Assembly: GCA_020725055.1 (NCBI GenBank)
Contig: DYFS01000001.1
Span: forward strand, 275-64,274
Direction: 5' to 3'
Length of the DNA: 64,000 nucleotides
Source: Candidatus Hadarchaeum sp.
GTDB taxonomy: Archaea; Hadarchaeota; Hadarchaeia; Hadarchaeales; Hadarchaeaceae
In this document: positions 50,420-61,513 of the stretch, piece after piece
Position numbering within the stretch: position 1 is the first letter of the stretch
Layout of the letters: every line of letters begins with the position of its first letter
The notes under the pieces: model-generated
Database searches by the model: none
Told to the model about the DNA's origin: nothing
What the model saw: the letters and a program-made list of their open reading frames with translations, nothing else
Position numbers and translations under genes: made by a program

Positions 50420-51979
50420 GTGGGTTGCTTGCAGAAGGAGGTTTTTGTCAGCGAGTTCATCGAGCGGGTGAGCAAGGAGCTCAAGCTGCCGAAGCGGATC
50501 AGGATCTTCGACACGACGCTCCGGGACGGGGAGCAAACCCCTGGGGTTTCACTCACCCCGGATCAAAAAATCCTCATCGCCCGCCAGCTCGATAAGCTGG
50601 GCGTTGACACCATCGAAGCGGGTTTTCCGATGGTCTCGGAGGGGGAGCGCAAGGCCATCAAAGCCATAGCCGGGGCTGGGCTGGATGCGGAAATCTGCGC
50701 CCTCGCCCGCTGCGTCAAGGAGGATATAGACGCTGCGCTCGACTGCGACGTCGATTGCGTTCACATCTTCATCGCCACCTCGGACATCCACCTCAAGCAC
50801 AAGCTGAAGCTCTCGAGGGAGGAGGCCCTGGCGCGGGCGGTTGAGTGGGTCGAGTACGCTAAGAAGCACGGCGTCGTGGTTGAATTTTCGGCCGAGGATG
50901 CGACGCGGACGAATCTCGAGTTCTTAAAGCAGGTTTACCAAGCCGTGGTGAAAGCGGGGGCCAACAGGATAAACGTCCCTGACACCGTCGGTTGCATAAC
51001 GCCCCGCGGGATGAACTACCTCATAAGCCAGCTGAAGCAAGCCGTGCGCGTGCCGATAAGCGTCCACTGCCACAACGACTTCGGGCTCGCGGTCTCGAAC
51101 TCGCTCGCGGGGGTCGAGGCGGGGGCTGAGCAGGTGCACGTCACGGTTAACGGGCTTGGGGAGCGGGCGGGGAATGCGTCGCTCGAGGAAGCGGTCATGG
51201 GGCTGCGCGCCCTATACGGGGTGAAGCCCCGGATCAAAACCGAGCTGCTCGTTGAGACCTCCGATTTGGTGGAGAGGCTCACGGGGGTGATGGTTCCACC
51301 GAACAAGGCGATTGTCGGGGACAACGCGTTCGCGCACGAGGCTGGCATCCACGTGCACGGCGTGCTTGAGTTCGCCGGCACTTACGAGCCCCTTTCGCCG
51401 GAGCTCGTCGGGCATCACCGCCGCCTGGTGCTCGGCAAACACGCGGGCGCCAGATCGGTGAATGAGCAACTCAAGGACTTAGGTGTGGAGGTCGGCAAGG
51501 AACAGCTGCTCGAGATCACGAAGCGCGTCAAGGAGCTCGGTGACAAGGGCAAGGTGGTGACCGACACAGACCTCCGGGCGATCGCGGAAAGTGTGCTGGG
51601 CACCCTGCCACCCGAGGAGAAGGTGGTCGAGCTGAAGGAGATCACCGTGCTCACCGGAAGCACTGTGACACCGACGGCCTCCGTGCGCGTTACCGTTCGG
51701 GGGGGGGAGCGGGCCGGTTCTGGGACTGGAGTCGGGCCGGTGGATGCGGCGATAAACGCGATCCGCAACGTGATGAAGGAGATCTCAGCACTCAGGCTAA
51801 AGGAGTACCACCTGGACGCCATCACGGGCGGTAGCGATGCGCTGGCCGAGGTGACGGTTAAGCTCGAGGATGATAAAGGCAACCTCTACATCGCGAAGGG
51901 CGTGCGAGAGGACGTTGTTATCGCAAGCGTTGACGCTATGATTAATGGGATTAACCGGTACTTCGCGGGGCGGAAATAG
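50420..51979 (+). CDS. 2-isopropylmalate synthase / (R)-citramalate synthase family protein (LeuA/CimA paralog 2)
   Basis: 519 aa (start probably GTG or downstream). [29 protein letters not shown]-terminal regulatory domain. Divergent from paralog 1. Confidence 0.8.
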   Translation: MGCLQKEVFVSEFIERVSKELKLPKRIRIFDTTLRDGEQTPGVSLTPDQKILIARQLDKLGVDTIEAGFPMVSEGERKAIKAIAGAGLDAEICALARCVKEDIDAALDCDVDCVHIFIATSDIHLKHKLKLSREEALARAVEWVEYAKKHGVVVEFSAEDATRTNLEFLKQVYQAVVKAGANRINVPDTVGCITPRGMNYLISQLKQAVRVPISVHCHNDFGLAVSNSLAGVEAGAEQVHVTVNGLGERAGNASLEEAVMGLRALYGVKPRIKTELLVETSDLVERLTGVMVPPNKAIVGDNAFAHEAGIHVHGVLEFAGTYEPLSPELVGHHRRLVLGKHAGARSVNEQLKDLGVEVGKEQLLEITKRVKELGDKGKVVTDTDLRAIAESVLGTLPPEEKVVELKEITVLTGSTVTPTASVRVTVRGGERAGSGTGVGPVDAAINAIRNVMKEISALRLKEYHLDAITGGSDALAEVTVKLEDDKGNLYIAKGVREDVVIASVDAMINGINRYFAGRK

Positions 51980-52212
51980 GATCAGCTTTTTAGCACCCAC
52001 TATTTAAGCGTTGTGAGTCGGGCAAACGTTCGCTACCGCCGAGCTGTTTTCTCTTGTTTTCTAGCCGCGCCTACGGAGGCCTATAGAAGCGAGAAGAGGA
52101 CATCCCCCCGTCCGCGCGCGCCAATTTGTGGACATGGGGGTGTCCGCCAAATAACGCATGAAAAGTAATTTTGGATGTGGAGACATCCGTGCACGGGTGT
52201 GAAGCGATTAAC

Positions 52213-53340
52213 TCACAATTTCTTTGCTTTCGCTGCAACCGCATCCCCAACATCGGAAGTGCCCGATCTACCGCCCAAATCATAAGTTCTGACTTTGCCC
52301 TCTTTGAGGACCTCAGCAACTGCCTGCTCGACTTTGTCAGCCGCTTCCCGCTCACCGAGGTGCTCGAGCATCATTTGCCCGGCCAAAATCGTCGCGAGAG
52401 GGTTCGCCACGTTCTTGCCAGCGTGCTTAGGCGCCGAGCCGTGGATGGGCTCGAACATGCTTACGCCATCGGGGTTGATGTTGCCCCCCGGCGCTAGCCC
52501 AAGGCCACCTTGGATCATCGCCCCGAGGTCTGTGATGATGTCGCCGAACATGTTGGGCGTGACGACGACTTGGTACCACTCCGGATTCTTCACGAACCAC
52601 ATCGTTATCGCGTCGACGAAAGCAAACTCCGTCTCGATTTCCGGGTAGTCCCTCGCCACCAGCTCGAAGACCTCCCGCCATAGGCTGTAGGCGTGTGTCA
52701 GCACGTTCGCCTTGTCCACCGAAGTCACGCGGCGCCTGCCCTTCCTCCGCGCGAGCTCGAAAGCGTAGCGTATAACGCGCTCCGATCCCTTCCGGCTGAT
52801 GACCCCTATCTGGTATGCTACCTCACCCCGGTCGACATCTATGTCTAGGCCGAACTTCGCCTCGTAGATCGAGCGGACGACCCCCAGCTCGGCCCTCGAG
52901 CGGCCCTTTGCCCGCCCGCCGATTGCGACGTAAAAATCCTCGGTGTTTTCGCGCACGACGTAGAAGTTCACGTGCTCCGGGCCTTTTCCCGCCAGTGGGC
53001 AGCGGACCCCGGGGTAGAGCTTGACCGGGCGGAGGTTTATGTACTGCTCGAAGTAAAACCGCAGCTTCAACAGCACGCCCTGCTCCAGCACGCCGGTTGG
53101 CACCCGGGGGTCGCCGAGCGCCCCGAGGTAAATCGCGTCCATCTCAGCCAGCTGATCGAGGCCCCCCTGCGGCACGAGCTCGCCCGTTTTCAGGTAATGC
53201 CCCGCCCCATAGGGGAAGTTGATGAACTCGAACTCAAGGCCCGGTGTGGCTTCAGCCGCAGCTTCCAGAACTTTTACCCCCTCGCGGATTACTTCCGGCC
53301 CTATCCCGTCGCCAGGTATCACGGCGATTTTGTGCCTCAC
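52213..53340 (-). CDS. leuB: 3-isopropylmalate dehydrogenase
   Basis: 375 aa from GTG 53338-53340 ([17 protein letters not shown]). Isocitrate/IPM dehydrogenase signature [25 protein letters not shown]. Confidence 0.8.
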   Translation of the reverse strand: MRHKIAVIPGDGIGPEVIREGVKVLEAAAEATPGLEFEFINFPYGAGHYLKTGELVPQGGLDQLAEMDAIYLGALGDPRVPTGVLEQGVLLKLRFYFEQYINLRPVKLYPGVRCPLAGKGPEHVNFYVVRENTEDFYVAIGGRAKGRSRAELGVVRSIYEAKFGLDIDVDRGEVAYQIGVISRKGSERVIRYAFELARRKGRRRVTSVDKANVLTHAYSLWREVFELVARDYPEIETEFAFVDAITMWFVKNPEWYQVVVTPNMFGDIITDLGAMIQGGLGLAPGGNINPDGVSMFEPIHGSAPKHAGKNVANPLATILAGQMMLEHLGEREAADKVEQAVAEVLKEGKVRTYDLGGRSGTSDVGDAVAAKAKKL

Positions 53341-53409
53341 GCGATCACCTATTTGTTCCAGACAAATCACTTTAAATTTCACTAAATTAAATGCTTCGGC
53401 AGTGGTTGG

Positions 53410-53985
53410 GTGGAGCAACGCCAGAAGATCAGGTTAAACAATTGTTTATCCTACCTCGTGAGCGGGGTACTGATTTTCTGCTTCGTGCTCGTGCTCGTGC
53501 TCGTCGTGTTGCCCCAGCTTCCGAATTACCCGAACGAACCGGGGGAGCGGAGGTTGTTCGTTTCCACTTGGAATTTCGCGTGCACGCTCATGTGGGTAAC
53601 GGTCCTCCGCATCCAGGTATTCAACGAGTTATCCGATCTCGCCAAGCAAAAGGGATTCAAGCGCAGCGTGACCCCGTGGGTGAAGTTCTGGTTTGGCGCC
53701 TCGATTTTCATTGGCTCTGCAACTGTAACCTACGTGCTAAACAGTTTTGCCGCGGAGCCTCTGGGAAGCTCGACGTACGCGGATGTTTTAACTATCATTT
53801 CGGTTGTAAACTGGATTGCGCTGGTTGCCCTTTCCGCCCTGCTCTTCCTCTCGAGGGAGAAATGTTCAAAAAAAGCATTGCCCGATGTGAGGCGAGCTCT
53901 TTCTGCGCACAGGTTGCTCCTCGCGCCAACCTCTTTGCTTTTCTTCCTCTCCGCGTTTCTGTTTCCGATATTCTTTCTACTTTAG
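53410..53985 (+). CDS. hypothetical membrane protein encoded antisense within the ilv-leu operon
   Basis: 191 aa, 4-5 hydrophobic helices. Occupies a 640-nt gap between leuB and leuD that has no minus-strand ORF. Contains (GTGCTC)n codon repeat VLVLVLVV. Confidence 0.35.
   Translation: MEQRQKIRLNNCLSYLVSGVLIFCFVLVLVLVVLPQLPNYPNEPGERRLFVSTWNFACTLMWVTVLRIQVFNELSDLAKQKGFKRSVTPWVKFWFGASIFIGSATVTYVLNSFAAEPLGSSTYADVLTIISVVNWIALVALSALLFLSREKCSKKALPDVRRALSAHRLLLAPTSLLFFLSAFLFPIFFLL
53485..53508 (+). repeat. hexanucleotide microsatellite (GTGCTC)3-4
   Basis: cgtgctcgtgctcgtgctcgtcgtg inside ORF 53410-53985. Confidence 0.5.
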
Positions 53986-54468
53986 GAAGGTGCGGTGCTT
54001 CTTCAAGTACTGCAGCAGGCCCCCGGCGCGGATTATCGCGAGGACGAATCTGGGTAACGGCTCGGCTTTGAATGTTTCGCCAGTGGTCAAATTGCGCACC
54101 ACGCCTTTTTTAAAATCGACTCCAACTCGATCACCGCGGCTGAATCTCTTGCTCACACCCGCGCACGTCAAGACTGGCAACCCTTGGTTAATTGCGTTAC
54201 GGTAAAAAATCCTGGCAAAAGACTCGGCCACGACCGCCGAGATGCCGGCCGCCTTCAAAGCGATCGGCGCGTGTTCACGGCTCGAGCCGCACCCGAAGTT
54301 CTTACCAGCGATGATGATGTCGCCCCCGCGCACTTTTCTCGCGAACTCCGGAGCTGCGCCTTCCATCGCGTGCTTTGCGAGCTCGCGGGGTTCTCGCTTC
54401 GCCAAATAGCGCCCGGGGATTATCGCATCCGTGCTGATGTCGTCGCCAAAAACCCATACTCGCGCCAT
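53977..54468 (-). CDS. leuD: 3-isopropylmalate dehydratase small subunit
   Basis: 163 aa from ATG 54466-54468 (MARVWVFGDDISTDAIIPGRYL). Swivel domain. Start overlaps leuC stop. Confidence 0.85.
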   Translation of the reverse strand: MARVWVFGDDISTDAIIPGRYLAKREPRELAKHAMEGAAPEFARKVRGGDIIIAGKNFGCGSSREHAPIALKAAGISAVVAESFARIFYRNAINQGLPVLTCAGVSKRFSRGDRVGVDFKKGVVRNLTTGETFKAEPLPRFVLAIIRAGGLLQYLKKHRTFLK

Positions 54469-55724
54469 CACACATCCCTCGGGTCTGTTATCTTCCCCTT
54501 GAGCGCCGAGGCTGCAACGGTCGCGGGAGAAGCCAGGTATATCTCGGCTTCGGGGCTGCCCTGCCTGCCCCGGAAGTTGCGGTTTGAGGATGAAATGCAA
54601 ATTTCCCCTGGGGCGAGGATGCCTATGTGCCCACCCATGCAGGCCGCACAGGAAGGCGACTCCACGAGCACACCGGCCTCAACAAAGGTCTTCAGAACCC
54701 CGCGGCTGAGCGCTTCCAGATAAACTTCGCGGGAAGCTGGCACAACCAGCATACGCACGCGCTTCGAAACGCGCTTTCCTTTCAAAATTTTTGCGGCATC
54801 TATGAGATCTTCAAGCCTGCCATTCGTGCAGCTGCCCAAAAATGCCTGGTCAACTTCAACCCCATCCACCTCCCGCACCGCGCCAACCTTGTCTACGCTG
54901 TGCGGACACGCCACTTGCGGCTCGAGTCTCGCAGCATCGTACGAGAGCTCTTCTGCATACGCGGCGTCCCGATCGCTGTGAACCGGCTTGTAAGATCCTC
55001 TCGCCCTGCCCGCGAGCCACCGTTTCGTCAGCTCATCCGGCGGGACGATCGCTGCCTTGGCCCCCATCTCCACACCCATGTTACACACCGTCATCCTTCC
55101 GGCTACGCTGATGCCTCGCATCCCCTTGCCCGCAAATTCCACCGAGCGATAGGTCGCACCATCCGCGCCGACATCCCCTATTATCCGCAGGATGAGGTCC
55201 TTTGACGCCACCCGTTGTTTGAGCCTCCCCTCGACCGAAATTTTCACGCTCTCCGGCACACGAAACCAGAGCCCCCCCGTGGCAAGAACGGCGGCCATGT
55301 CAGTTGAGCCTATCCCCGTTGCAAAACATCCGAGCGCACCATAGGTACACGTGTGCGAATCTGCCCCAACTATGAGGCGCCCTGGTAAAGCGAAGCCCCG
55401 TTCGGGCAAGACCTCGTGACATATACCTTCGTTCACATCGTAAAAATTTGGGATGCGCTGCTCGGCGACAAATTTTCTGAGTTCAACGTGATCGCGAGCC
55501 GCCTCTATCGAAGTCGCCGGGGCCTGGTGATCGAACACCACGACAACCCGCTTAGGATCCCAAACTTTTTTAACACCTAACCCGCGCAAAGCGTCGACGG
55601 TGAGCGGGGCGGTGATATCGTTGACCATCGCCACATCGATCCCGGCTTCAACGATTTCTCCTGGCGCCACATGCTTTTTTCCCGATGCCCTGGCCAAAAT
55701 TTTTTCAGCTATTGTCATACCCAT
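54468..55724 (-). CDS. leuC: 3-isopropylmalate dehydratase large subunit (aconitase family)
   Basis: 418 aa from MGMTIAEKILARASG. Fe-S ligands in ..GSCTNGRLED.. and ..CAACMGGH.. Confidence 0.85.
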   Translation of the reverse strand: MGMTIAEKILARASGKKHVAPGEIVEAGIDVAMVNDITAPLTVDALRGLGVKKVWDPKRVVVVFDHQAPATSIEAARDHVELRKFVAEQRIPNFYDVNEGICHEVLPERGFALPGRLIVGADSHTCTYGALGCFATGIGSTDMAAVLATGGLWFRVPESVKISVEGRLKQRVASKDLILRIIGDVGADGATYRSVEFAGKGMRGISVAGRMTVCNMGVEMGAKAAIVPPDELTKRWLAGRARGSYKPVHSDRDAAYAEELSYDAARLEPQVACPHSVDKVGAVREVDGVEVDQAFLGSCTNGRLEDLIDAAKILKGKRVSKRVRMLVVPASREVYLEALSRGVLKTFVEAGVLVESPSCAACMGGHIGILAPGEICISSSNRNFRGRQGSPEAEIYLASPATVAASALKGKITDPRDV

Positions 55725-55728
55725 GCGA

Positions 55729-57387
55729 TCACCGGCGGATCGCCCCTTCGGCCGCCGAGCTGACCGTGCGTGAATAAAGCGATAGGTATCCCTTTTTGAC
55801 GCGGGGCTCGGGTGGCTTGAACTTGGCAAGCCTAGCTTTAATTTCGGCGTCCGGCACCAACAGATCCACCCTGCGGCGCCTGATGTCGACCAGGATTTTG
55901 TCCCCCTCTCGCACGGCGGCTATAGGGCCACCATCCGCGGCTTCCGGGCAAACGTGCCCGACGCAGGCACCGCGGGTTCCCCCCGAGAACCTACCATCGG
56001 TGACGAGCGCAACCGAGTCGCCGAGACCCATACCCATGATCGCGGCTGTCGGGGCGAGCATCTCGCGCATCCCCGGCCCGCCCTTCGGCCCCTCGTACCG
56101 AATCACCACCACGTCGCCCCGTTTGACCCGTTTGCTTAAAATCGCTTTGACCGCGTCCTCCTCGCAATCGAACACGCGCACCGGGCCGCGGTGGCGCAGC
56201 ATACGGGGGGCGACGCCGGCGTACTTGACGACCGCACCCTTTGGGGCGAGGTTACCGTACAGGATCGATATGCTGCCCTCGCGGTGATGCGGCCTGGTGA
56301 GCGGTCTTACAATCTCGGGGCCGGGGGGCCTCACGAACTTCAGGTTATCGCGAACCCTGCGCCCGGTGACCGTGAGCGGGCTCCCCCTTATCAGCTTGCC
56401 CAACCGCTTCATCACCGCGGGCACCCCCCCGGCGCGCTCCAGGTCGAGCATCACATGCTTCCCGCTTGGCCGCAGATTACATATGTTTGGCGTCCGCCTG
56501 CTCAAGCGATCGAAGACATCAAGGCACAGCTTCACCCCTACCTCACGGGCGATCGCCGGCAGGTGCAGCACGGTGTTGGTAGAACCACCGAGCGCGAGGT
56601 CGACGATCACCGCGTTTTCGAAAGCTGCGCGCGTCATTATGTCGCTCGGCCTTATCCAGCGGCGGAGCAGCTCCACCGCCTGCCTGCCCGTCTGCCTGGC
56701 TAGCCTCACCTTCTTCGCGTCGACAGCGTGAGCTGTTCCCACGCCGGGCAGAGACATGCCGAGCGCCTCGGTCAGGCACGCCATAGTATTTGCGGTGAAG
56801 AGGCCGGCGCACGAACCGCACCCCGGGCAGCAGCGATCCTCTATCTCCTTCGCCTCACGCTCACTGAGCTTGCCCGCTTTCACAGCCCCCACCGCCTCAA
56901 ACGCGCTTATCACGTCTAGAGGCTGCCCTCGCCACTCGCCGGGCATCATCGGACCACCCGTGAGCACGATTGCCGGGATATCCACACGTCCGAGGGCCAT
57001 GAGCATGCCTGGCACGATTTTGTCGCAGCTCGCGATCGCCACGACCGCATCGAAGCGGTGGGCCTCAAGCATTAGCTCTAAGCTATCTGCAATCACCTCG
57101 CGCGAGGGCAGGGAAAAGCACATCCCGCGCGTCCCCATCGCTATGCCGTCACATATGCCGATGGTGTTGAACTCGAGGGGCGTCGCACCCGCCGCACGGA
57201 TGCCGCTCGCCACCTCGCGCGCGAGCTCGCTTAGGTGCAGGTGGCCTGGCACAACTTGGTTGTAAGAATTCGCGACAGCCACAAGCGGGCGCTCGATGTC
57301 GGCGTCGGTCAAACCATCAGCTTTCAGGAGGGCACGGCGCGGCAGACCCTCCAATCCAGCGACAACCTCTCGGCTGCGAAGCTTCAT
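55729..57387 (-). CDS. ilvD: dihydroxy-acid dehydratase
   Basis: 552 aa. ILVD/EDD signatures ([48 protein letters not shown]). Confidence 0.9.
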   Translation of the reverse strand: MKLRSREVVAGLEGLPRRALLKADGLTDADIERPLVAVANSYNQVVPGHLHLSELAREVASGIRAAGATPLEFNTIGICDGIAMGTRGMCFSLPSREVIADSLELMLEAHRFDAVVAIASCDKIVPGMLMALGRVDIPAIVLTGGPMMPGEWRGQPLDVISAFEAVGAVKAGKLSEREAKEIEDRCCPGCGSCAGLFTANTMACLTEALGMSLPGVGTAHAVDAKKVRLARQTGRQAVELLRRWIRPSDIMTRAAFENAVIVDLALGGSTNTVLHLPAIAREVGVKLCLDVFDRLSRRTPNICNLRPSGKHVMLDLERAGGVPAVMKRLGKLIRGSPLTVTGRRVRDNLKFVRPPGPEIVRPLTRPHHREGSISILYGNLAPKGAVVKYAGVAPRMLRHRGPVRVFDCEEDAVKAILSKRVKRGDVVVIRYEGPKGGPGMREMLAPTAAIMGMGLGDSVALVTDGRFSGGTRGACVGHVCPEAADGGPIAAVREGDKILVDIRRRRVDLLVPDAEIKARLAKFKPPEPRVKKGYLSLYSRTVSSAAEGAIRR

Positions 57388-58318
57388 CGGCCCTGCCTCC
57401 GAGAAGGCTTCGGCGTGGAGTATATTTAGCTTTATGACGTGGGAGTTCTTTTTTGGCGATGTGAAAATCGATGGTGAGGTATTAGGGATTTGTACCCTAA
57501 TTTGTACCCATAAGTTTTTTCAAAAGATTGTTGGATTTATTGAATACTCTTAAATACGGTTTTCGATCTTTTGAAGACATTCCAAGGTGAATTCCAAATC
57601 GGCCCCGTAAAACATCCCCACAACATTGAAATTACCTTTTCTGAACAAGGCCCAATAACCCTCACCTTCTTGGTAAGAACGTTTGTGAACGTGGGAGCCA
57701 TCCCCGACTACGGGATGCTCCATATTTTCTCCTAGCTTGCCTTTCTCGATCAATTTGGAGATAAGGAATTCGGTTTCATTTTTTGCCCCTGTTGCCGAAG
57801 CAAACCTATGCGCTTCTAGCGTTACCAGCGATTTTCATAACTTAAATTCTGAAAGAAACCCGTTTCGAATCCCCAGCTATTAAGCGAATCTAGGCATTGG
57901 CATAAATTAGATAGCTTAATGAAAAAGGGTTCATTTAGAGCTTTTTTTGTGGAAAATGAGGCTAAATCTAGCTCCTTTTGGTTAAGTGATGTAAACTAGT
58001 ACAATACCCGAATCCAACGCTTCTTTTTCATTCATTTCTAAGCCCCAGGCGAGCCCTTTTGCCACTTTCTCAGAAGACATTTCAACTTCCCTCACAATCG
58101 CCCATCCCGGGGGTAAATCCCCGGGAGTTAGAAGACCTCTCGTGGATGCTTTGTAACCGTTTTTGGTGGGAAAATAAAAACGGCGATCGCTACAACGACC
58201 GCAATGCATATCGCTAAAGCCGCGATCGTGATCTTTTTCATATCATCCCACCTTCTCCATCTCTAGATACAGATATTGTCCGATGAACTCGGGTTGACGT
58301 AATTTCCGAATTTGTTTT
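57388..58318. other. AT-rich (about 42% GC) 0.9-kb insert between ilvD and ilvC with only short ORFs
   Basis: Compositional break inside an otherwise contiguous ilvBNC-ilvD-leuCD-leuB minus-strand operon. Short ORFs at 57550-57753 and 57982-58209, and a 37-codon ORF near 58130-58243 with a signal/TM-like N-terminus. Confidence 0.5.
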
Positions 58319-59305
58319 TTACTTCTCTATGCCCGCCCACTTCCGAAGGTCCCTGCCAACCTTCTCGATGAGGTGCTTCTTAGCCTCCTCGCGCATCCGC
58401 TTCAGCTTCGGGATGCCGCGCTGGCTCTCCGCCACCCACTCGCGCGCGAAGGCGCCGCTTCGCACGTCCGCCAAAATCTTCTTCATTGCCTCCCTAGCGC
58501 GCTTGTCGATGATCACTGGGCCCCGCGTCCTGCCGCCATACTCAGCGGTGTTGCTCACGGCCGCCATCATGCCCTCGATACCGTGCTCGTAGACGAGGTC
58601 GATGATGAGCTTAAGCTCGTTCAGGCACTCGAAGTACACGACCTCGGTCTGGTAGCCCGCCTCAACGAGCGTTTCGAACCCAGCTTTTATCAGCTCTGAG
58701 ATCCCGCCAACGAGGACAACCTGCTCGCCGAAGAGGTCCGTCTCGACCTCCTCTTTGAAGGTAGTCTCGATCACCCCGACGCGCGTAAGCCCCACGCCCT
58801 TCGCCATTGCTAGCGCGATGTACTTTGCTTGGCCGCTCGCATCCTGAGCAACAGCGAGTATCCCTGGGGTTCCAGAGCCCTTCTGGTACATGCGCCTCAG
58901 AATCGCTCCCGGCGCTTTCGGGGCTATCATTATCACGTCCACACCCTTTGGGGGCACGATTTGCTTGAAGTGGATGTTGAAGCCATGGCTGAAACACAGC
59001 ACCTTGCCGCGCTCCATCGCGGGTGCGACGTGCTCCCGGTAGACCTGCCCCTGGTACTCGTCCGGGATGAGCATGTGCACGATGTCGCCGCGCTTCGCCG
59101 CCTCCGGGATATCAACTACTTCAAAACCATCCTTCACCGCCTGTTCATAGCTGGCGTCTTTTATGCTCCCAATCATCACCTTGCACCCGGAGTCACGCAG
59201 GTTGTTTGCCTGCGCATGCCCCTGGTTGCCGTAGCCGATTATCGCTATGGTTTTCCCCTTGAGGACACCTATGTCGGCATCCCGGTCGTAGTAGATTTTC
59301 GCCAT
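58319..59305 (-). CDS. ilvC: ketol-acid reductoisomerase
   Basis: 328 aa. NADPH fold [25 protein letters not shown] core. Confidence 0.9.
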   Translation of the reverse strand: MAKIYYDRDADIGVLKGKTIAIIGYGNQGHAQANNLRDSGCKVMIGSIKDASYEQAVKDGFEVVDIPEAAKRGDIVHMLIPDEYQGQVYREHVAPAMERGKVLCFSHGFNIHFKQIVPPKGVDVIMIAPKAPGAILRRMYQKGSGTPGILAVAQDASGQAKYIALAMAKGVGLTRVGVIETTFKEEVETDLFGEQVVLVGGISELIKAGFETLVEAGYQTEVVYFECLNELKLIIDLVYEHGIEGMMAAVSNTAEYGGRTRGPVIIDKRAREAMKKILADVRSGAFAREWVAESQRGIPKLKRMREEAKKHLIEKVGRDLRKWAGIEK

Positions 59306-59309
59306 ACCG

Positions 59310-59801
59310 TCACCTATCTTTGGCCGTTCTCCGCCCTAAATACACTTGCCCGGAGCGAGCCGTTTCCTGCAGGATATCTGGGCCTAAGGCCTTAACAACG
59401 TTTTCGATGTCTTCGTGGACGCCGCTGAGCTCCGCTACCAGGACGTTGCCCCTCGACTCCAGCACCCGCCCGCCGGCCTTCTCGATCCGGCGTACGACAT
59501 CCCACATCTTTTCATCGCTCAAGCGCTTCGTCCTTAGCAGCGCGACCTCGCGGACGATGCTCGCCTCGGGATCGATGACCTCGGCATCCACGACCTGCGT
59601 CAGGCGGGAGAGCACGTGATGCAGGTGCTCAGCCATGTGGTCGTCCGCCTTGAACATGAGGATGATGCGAGCCAACCCGGTGGGCTCAATCCCAACTGTG
59701 ATCGAGTCTATGTTGATTTGCCTGCGCGTGAAGTCCCGCGAGATCCGCATCATCACGCCGGGCGAGTTCTCGCAGAGCACCGAGAAAATCCTCGTTTTCA
59801 T
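59310..59801 (-). CDS. ilvN: acetolactate synthase small (regulatory) subunit
   Basis: 163 aa. N-terminal ACT domain [33 protein letters not shown]. Confidence 0.85.
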   Translation of the reverse strand: MKTRIFSVLCENSPGVMMRISRDFTRRQINIDSITVGIEPTGLARIILMFKADDHMAEHLHHVLSRLTQVVDAEVIDPEASIVREVALLRTKRLSDEKMWDVVRRIEKAGGRVLESRGNVLVAELSGVHEDIENVVKALGPDILQETARSGQVYLGRRTAKDR

Positions 59802-59809
59802 GCGCCCAC

Positions 59810-61489
59810 CTAGGTCAGCATCTGGTCGAGCCGCCCGCCAGCCGGAACCATTGGCAGCACGTGCTCGTCCGGGTCTATGGGTATATCGAGCACCACGGGT
59901 TTGCCGCAGCGCAGCGCCTCCCGGAGCTTTGGGGCTACCTCGCCCGGCCTCGTCACCCGGTCGCCGTATGCACCGTAAGCTTCAGCGAGCTTCACGAAGT
60001 CCGGTACCATTCCTAGGTCAACGGCTGAGCGGCGCTTCTGGTAGAAAAGATCCTGCCACTGCTTGACCATGCCCAGGAAACGGTTGTTCAGGATGCAGAC
60101 CACGACGTTTATCTCGTTCTCCACAACCGTCGCCAGCTCTTGGGAATTCATGAGGAAGCTACCGTCTCCGGCGATATCCACAACATCGCACTCGGGGCGG
60201 GCGACCTTCGCCCCCATCGCCGCGGGGAAGCCGAAACCCATCGTGCCCAAGCCACCGGAGGAGATGAAGTGCCTCGGTTTTTTTACAACGTAGTAGTGCG
60301 CCGCCCACATCTGGCACTGCCCAACCTCGGTCACGACTATCGCGTCGCCACCGAGCACGCTCATTATCTCCTTGATCACGCGCTGGGGTTTCATCGGCAC
60401 CTCGTCGTAGTCCATGCGCGGGCTGAGCTCCTTGCTGAGTTTTTCGATGCGCGTTAGCCATTCGCTCGGCCTGCCGCGCTTCGCCCTGGCGCGGAGACCC
60501 TCAAGCACCGCCGCGAGCGCCCGTTTGGCGTCCGAGAGAATCGGCACGTCCACGCGGACGTTCTTGCCTATCTCAACCTTGTCGATATCGATGTGGATTA
60601 TCTTGGCTTTTGGGGCGAAGTGCTTCACATCCCCAGTGGCGCGGTCATCAAAGCGCACCCCGACGCCGAGCAACACGTCGCAGTCCGTGACCGCAAGGTT
60701 CGCAACCATACGGCCGTGCATGCCGATCATGCCGAGCGCGAGCGGGTGATCCTCGGGGATTGCCCCCTTCCCCATCAGCGAGGTGACCACCGGCGCACCG
60801 AGTAGCTCGGCCAGGGCCACGAGTTCGGCCGAAGCTGAGGAGGAAATGGCACCGCCGCCCGCGTACATCAGCGGCCTCTTAGCTTTGGCGAGCAAATCGA
60901 CCGCCTCTAGCACCCTCGCTAGATCCAGCTCGAACACCGTCGGCTTCACGTACTCCACGCGTGCTGGTATCTCGACATCAGCTTTGTCGGCCTGCATGTC
61001 CTTAGGGAGGTCCACGTGCACCGGCCCCTGCCTGCCGGTTGTGGCAATCTTAAACGCGAGCTTGACGATGTGCGGAATCTCAGCCACGCTCCTCACGATG
61101 AAGTTGTGTTTGGCTATCGGGAGCATGACGCTCAGCATATCGGCCTCTTGGAAGGCATCTGCCCCGATCAGCTTGCTCGGTACCTGGCCGCTCATCGCAA
61201 CCACCGGTGAGCTGTCCATGTAGGCGTTGAGGATGCCGGTGACGAGGTTTGTTGCCCCTGGCCCCGAGGTGGTCAGACAGACCCCTGGCTTGCCGGACGC
61301 GCGGGCGTAGCCGTCGGCGGCGTGCGCGGCTCCCTGCTCATGCCGCACCAAGATGTGCTTGATGCCTGGATCATCGTACAACACATCGTAGAGCGGCAGA
61401 ACCGCTCCACCAGGCAAGCCGAAGATGTGCTTGACATCCTCTACGCGAAGGGACTCAACCAGCGCCTTCGCGCCGGTTAGCTCGACCAC
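59810..61489 (-). CDS. ilvB: acetolactate synthase large subunit (ThDP-dependent)
   Basis: 559 aa. ThDP motif DIAGDGSFLMNSQELATV..N. FAD region. Confidence 0.9.
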   Translation of the reverse strand: MVELTGAKALVESLRVEDVKHIFGLPGGAVLPLYDVLYDDPGIKHILVRHEQGAAHAADGYARASGKPGVCLTTSGPGATNLVTGILNAYMDSSPVVAMSGQVPSKLIGADAFQEADMLSVMLPIAKHNFIVRSVAEIPHIVKLAFKIATTGRQGPVHVDLPKDMQADKADVEIPARVEYVKPTVFELDLARVLEAVDLLAKAKRPLMYAGGGAISSSASAELVALAELLGAPVVTSLMGKGAIPEDHPLALGMIGMHGRMVANLAVTDCDVLLGVGVRFDDRATGDVKHFAPKAKIIHIDIDKVEIGKNVRVDVPILSDAKRALAAVLEGLRARAKRGRPSEWLTRIEKLSKELSPRMDYDEVPMKPQRVIKEIMSVLGGDAIVVTEVGQCQMWAAHYYVVKKPRHFISSGGLGTMGFGFPAAMGAKVARPECDVVDIAGDGSFLMNSQELATVVENEINVVVCILNNRFLGMVKQWQDLFYQKRRSAVDLGMVPDFVKLAEAYGAYGDRVTRPGEVAPKLREALRCGKPVVLDIPIDPDEHVLPMVPAGGRLDQMLT

Positions 61490-61513
61490 TTACAACACCA
61501 ACGGCTAATTTGG

